The translations under genes and the position numbers were made by a program. Below, piece after piece: positions 59,401 through 64,000 of a DNA stretch of 64,000 nt. Under the pieces are notes generated by a model. It did no database searches and had not been told where the DNA came from. It worked only from the letters and a program-made list of their open reading frames with translations. The DNA is from Eledone cirrhosa (lineage: Eukaryota). Position 1 is the stretch's first letter, and every line of letters begins with the position of its first letter. Location: positions 6,882,001-6,946,000 of the forward strand of contig OZ024745.1 in NCBI GenBank assembly GCA_964016885.1, given 5' to 3'.

Positions 59401-62400
59401 TTAGTATATAGAGTATTGTATATAGTATATATAGTATTGTATATAGTATACATAGATTTGTATAGTATATATAGTATTGTATATAGTATATATATGGTAT
59501 TGTATAGTATATATAGTATTGTATATAGTATTGTGCATAGTATATATAGTATTTATATAGTATATATAGTATTGCATAGTATATATAGTATTGTATAGTA
59601 TATATAGTATTGTATAGTATATATAGTATTGTATAGTATATATAGTATTGTATAGTATATATAGAATTGTATAGTATATATAGAATTGTATAGTATATAT
59701 AGTATTGTATAGTATATATAGTATTGTATATAGTATATATAGTATTGTATATAGTATATATAGTATTGTATATAGTATATATAGTATTGAATAGTATATA
59801 TAGTATTGTATAGTATATATAGTTTTGTATAGTATATATAGTATTGTATATAGTATATATAGTATTGTATAGTATATATAGTATTGTATATAGTATATAT
59901 AGTAGTGTATAGTATATATAATAGTGTATATAGTATACATAGTATTGTATATAGTATATATAGTATTGTATATAGTATATATAGTATTGTATATAGTATA
60001 TATAGTATTGTATAGTATATATAGTATTGTATAGTATATATAGTATTGTATAATATATATAGTATTGTATAGTATATATAGTATATATAGTATTGTATAG
60101 TATATATAGTATTGTATATACTATATACAGTATTGCATAGTATATATAGTATTGTATAGTGTATATAGTATTGGATAGTATATATTAGTATTGGATAGTA
60201 TATATAGGATTGTATAGTATATATAGTATTGTATAGTATATATAGTATTGTATAGTATATATAGTATTGTATATAGTATATATAGTATTGTATATAGTAT
60301 ATATAGTTTTGTATAGTATAGTAGATAGTATTGCATAGTATATAGAGCAGATATAGTATTGTATAGTATATATAGTATTGTATAGTATATATAGTATTGT
60401 ATATAGTATATATAGTATTGTATATAGTATATATAGTATTGTATATAGTATATATAGTATTGTATATAGTATATATAGTATTGTATAGTATATATAGTAT
60501 TGTATAGTATATATAGTATTGTATAGTATATATAGTATTGTATAGTATATATAGTATTGTATAGTATATTAAGTATTGTATACAGTATATGAAGTATTGC
60601 ATAGTATATATAGAATTGTATAGTATATATAGTAGTGTATAGTATATATAGTAGTGTATATAGTATATATAGTAGTGTATATAGTATATATAGTAGTGTA
60701 TATAGTATATATATTATTGTATATAGTATATATAGTATTGTATATAGTATATATAGTATTGTATATAGTATATATAGTATTGTATAATATATATAGTATT
60801 GTATAGTATATATAGTATTGTATAGTATATATAGTATATATAGTATATATAGTATTGTATAGTATATATAGTATTGTATATACTATATACAGTATTGCAT
60901 AGTATATATAGTATTGTATAGTGTATATTAGTATTGGATAGTATATATTAGTATTGGATAGTATATATAGGATTGTATAGTATATATAGTATTGTATAGT
61001 ATATATAGTATTGTATAGTATATATAGTATTGTATATAGTATATATAGTATTGTATAGTATATATAGTATTGTATAGTATATATAGTATTGTATATTATA
61101 TATAGTATTGTATAGTATATATAGTATAGTATATATAGTATTGTATATAGTATATATATATAGTATTGTATATAGTATATATATATAGTATTGTATATAG
61201 TATATATATATAGTATTGTATATAGTATATATATATAGTATTGTATATAGTATATATATATAGTATTGTATATAGTATATATATATAGTATTGTATATAG
61301 TATATATATATAGTATTGTATAGTATATATATATAGTATTGTATAGTATATATAGTATTGTATAGTATATATAGTATTGTATATAGTATATATAGTATTG
61401 TAATATATATATAGTATTGTAATATATATATAGTATTGTAATATATATATAGTATTGTAATATATATATAGTATTGTATAGTATATATAGTATTGTATAG
61501 TATATATAGTATTGTGTGTAGTATATATAGTATCGTATAATATATATAGAATTGTATAGTATATATAGTATTGTATATAGTATATATAATATTGTATATA
61601 GTATATATAGTATTGTATATAGTATATATAGTATTGTATATAGTATATATAGTATTGTATATAGTATATATAGTATTGTATATAGTATATATAGTATTGT
61701 ATATAGTATATATAGTATTGTATATAGTATATATAGTATTGTATATAGTATTGTATATAGTATATATAGTATTGTATATAGTATATATAGTATTGTATAG
61801 TATATATAGTGTTGTATATAATATATATAGTATTGTATAGGATATATAGTTATGTGTATAGTATATATAGTATTGTATAGAGTATATATTATTGTATAGT
61901 ATATATAGTATTGTATAGTATATATAGTATTGTATATGGTATATATAGTATTGTATATGGTATATATAGTATTGTATAGTATATATAGTATTGTATATAG
62001 TATATATAGTATTGCATAGTATATATAGTATTGCATAGTATATATAGGATTATATAGTATTGTATATAGTATATATAGTATTGTATTGTATAGTATATAT
62101 AGTATTGTATAGTATATATAGTATATATAGTATTGTATAGTATATATAGTATTGTATAGTATGTATTGTATAGTATATATATATTGTATTGTTATTAGTA
62201 TATAGAGTATTGTATATAGTATATATAGTATTGTATATAGTATACATAGATTTGTATAGTATATATAGTATTGTATATAGTATATATATGGTATTGTATA
62301 GTATATATAGTATTGTATATAGTATTGTGCATAGTATATATAGTATTTATATAGTATATATAGTATTGCATAGTATATATAGTTTTGTATAGTATATATA

Positions 62401-64000
62401 GTATTGTATAGTATATATAGTATTGTATAGTATATATAGTATTGTATAGTATATATAGAATTGTATAGTATATATAGAATTGTATAGTATATATAGTATT
62501 GTATAGTATATATAGTATTGTATATAGTATATATAGTATTGTATATAGTATATATAGTATTGTATATAGTATATATAGTATTGAATAGTATATATAGTAT
62601 TGTATAGTATATATAGTTTTGTATAGTATATATAGTATTGTATATAGTATATATAGTATTGTATAGTATATATAGTATTGTATATAGTATATATAGTATT
62701 GTATAGTATATATAGTAGTGTATAGTATATATAGTAGTGTATATAGTATACATAGTATTGTATATAGTATATATAGTATTGTATATAGTATATATAGTAT
62801 TGTATATAGTATATATAGTATTGTATAGTATATATAGTATTGTATAGTATATATAGTATTGTATAATATATATAGTATTGTATAGTATATATAGTATATA
62901 TAGTATTGTATAGTATATATAGTATTGTATATACTATATACAGTATTGCATAGTATATATAGTATTGTATAGTGTATATAGTATTGGATAGTATATATTA
63001 GTATTGGATAGTATATATAGGATTGTATAGTATATATAGTATTGTATAGTATATATAGTATTGTATAGTATATATAGTATTGTATATAGTATATATAGTA
63101 TTGTATATAGTATATATAGTTTTGTATAGTATAGTAGATAGTATTGCATAGTATATAGAGCAGATATAGTATTGTATAGTATATATAGTATTGTATAGTA
63201 TATATAGTATTGTATAGTATATATAGTATTGTATATAGTATATATATATAGTATTGTATATAGTATATATATATAGTATTGTATAGTATATATATATAGT
63301 ATTGTATAGTATATATAGTATTGTATAGTATATATAGTATTGTATATAGTATATATAGTATTGTAATATATATATAGTATCGTAATATATATATAGTATT
63401 GTAATATATATATAGTATTGTATAGTATATATAGTATTGTGTGTAGTATATATAGTATTGTATAATATATATAGTATTGTATAGTATATATAGTATTGTA
63501 TATAGTATATATAGTATTGTATATAGTATATATGGTATTGTATATAGTATTGTATATAGTATATATAGTATTGTATATAGTATATATAGTATTGTATATA
63601 GTATATATAGTATTGTATATAGTATATATAGTATTGTATATAGTATATATATATAGTATTGTATAGGATATATAGTAATGTGTATAGTATATATAGTAAT
63701 ATATATAGTATATATAGTATTGTATAGAGTATATATATTATTGTATAGAGTATATATAATATTGTATTGTATAGAGTATATATAATATTGTATAGTATAT
63801 ATAGTATTGTATATAATATATATAGTATTTTATAGTATATATAGTATTGTATATTGTATATATAATATTGTAAATTATTGTATAGAATATAGTATATATA
63901 GTATTGTATATTATTGTATAGAATATAGTATATATAGTATTGTATAGTATATATAGTATTGTATATGGTATATATAGTATTGCATAGTATATATAGTATT
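17411..64000. repeat. AT-rich 19/21-bp tandem satellite, consensus TATAGTATATATAGTATTG (plus a TA-extended variant), >46 kb, continues past the right window edge
   Basis: Continuous alternation of TATATATAG with TATTGTATAG or TATTGTATATAG, in a single orientation throughout. Starts abruptly after ...ACTCTTGAGA. Roughly 2300 units at about 20 bp each. Confidence 0.99.

Noticed and set aside
17373-63149. Very long minus-strand Tyr/Ile/Asn/Thr ORFs (up to 1393 aa)
   Set aside because: The minus strand nearly lacks G and the unit lacks TAA, so stops are rare in all frames. Overlapping frames give the same low-complexity text.
17411-64000. Telomeric repeat array (G-strand bias)
   Set aside because: There are no TTAGGG or TTAGG units. 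The unit is heterogeneous and shows multi-kb duplications, which fits recombination or slippage rather than templated telomerase addition.

Overview
Eukaryotic (animal) heterochromatin-like DNA, possibly octopus/cephalopod; that guess rests only on a recalled SINE-tail motif. There are three parts. (1) 1-11680 is a 31-bp tandem satellite (ACAATATGGCAGCCAGTACTATGGTGGCTGT, about 377 monomers) with an internal inverted hexamer and higher-order duplications of 1209, 3192 and 4091 bp. (2) 11681-17410 is a 5.7-kb island of microsatellites and decayed retroelements. It holds a Penelope-like relic with a CxCx5C motif and GIY-YIG endonuclease (Hydra-clade-like) carrying a 5' inversion bounded by a perfect 22-bp inverted repeat. 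It also holds an R4/Dong-like RLE LINE relic, a SINE tail fragment, a core-promoter-like motif set and one candidate isolated exon. (3) 17411-64000 is a >46-kb AT-rich 19/21-bp satellite (TATAGTATATATAGTATTG), almost C-free on the + strand, with nested duplications of about 2.1, 2.8, 4.6, 9.4 and 10.6 kb. No intact gene is supported. The long ORFs in the track are artefacts of stop-free repeat units. All family assignments come from hand translation and recalled motifs, not database searches.
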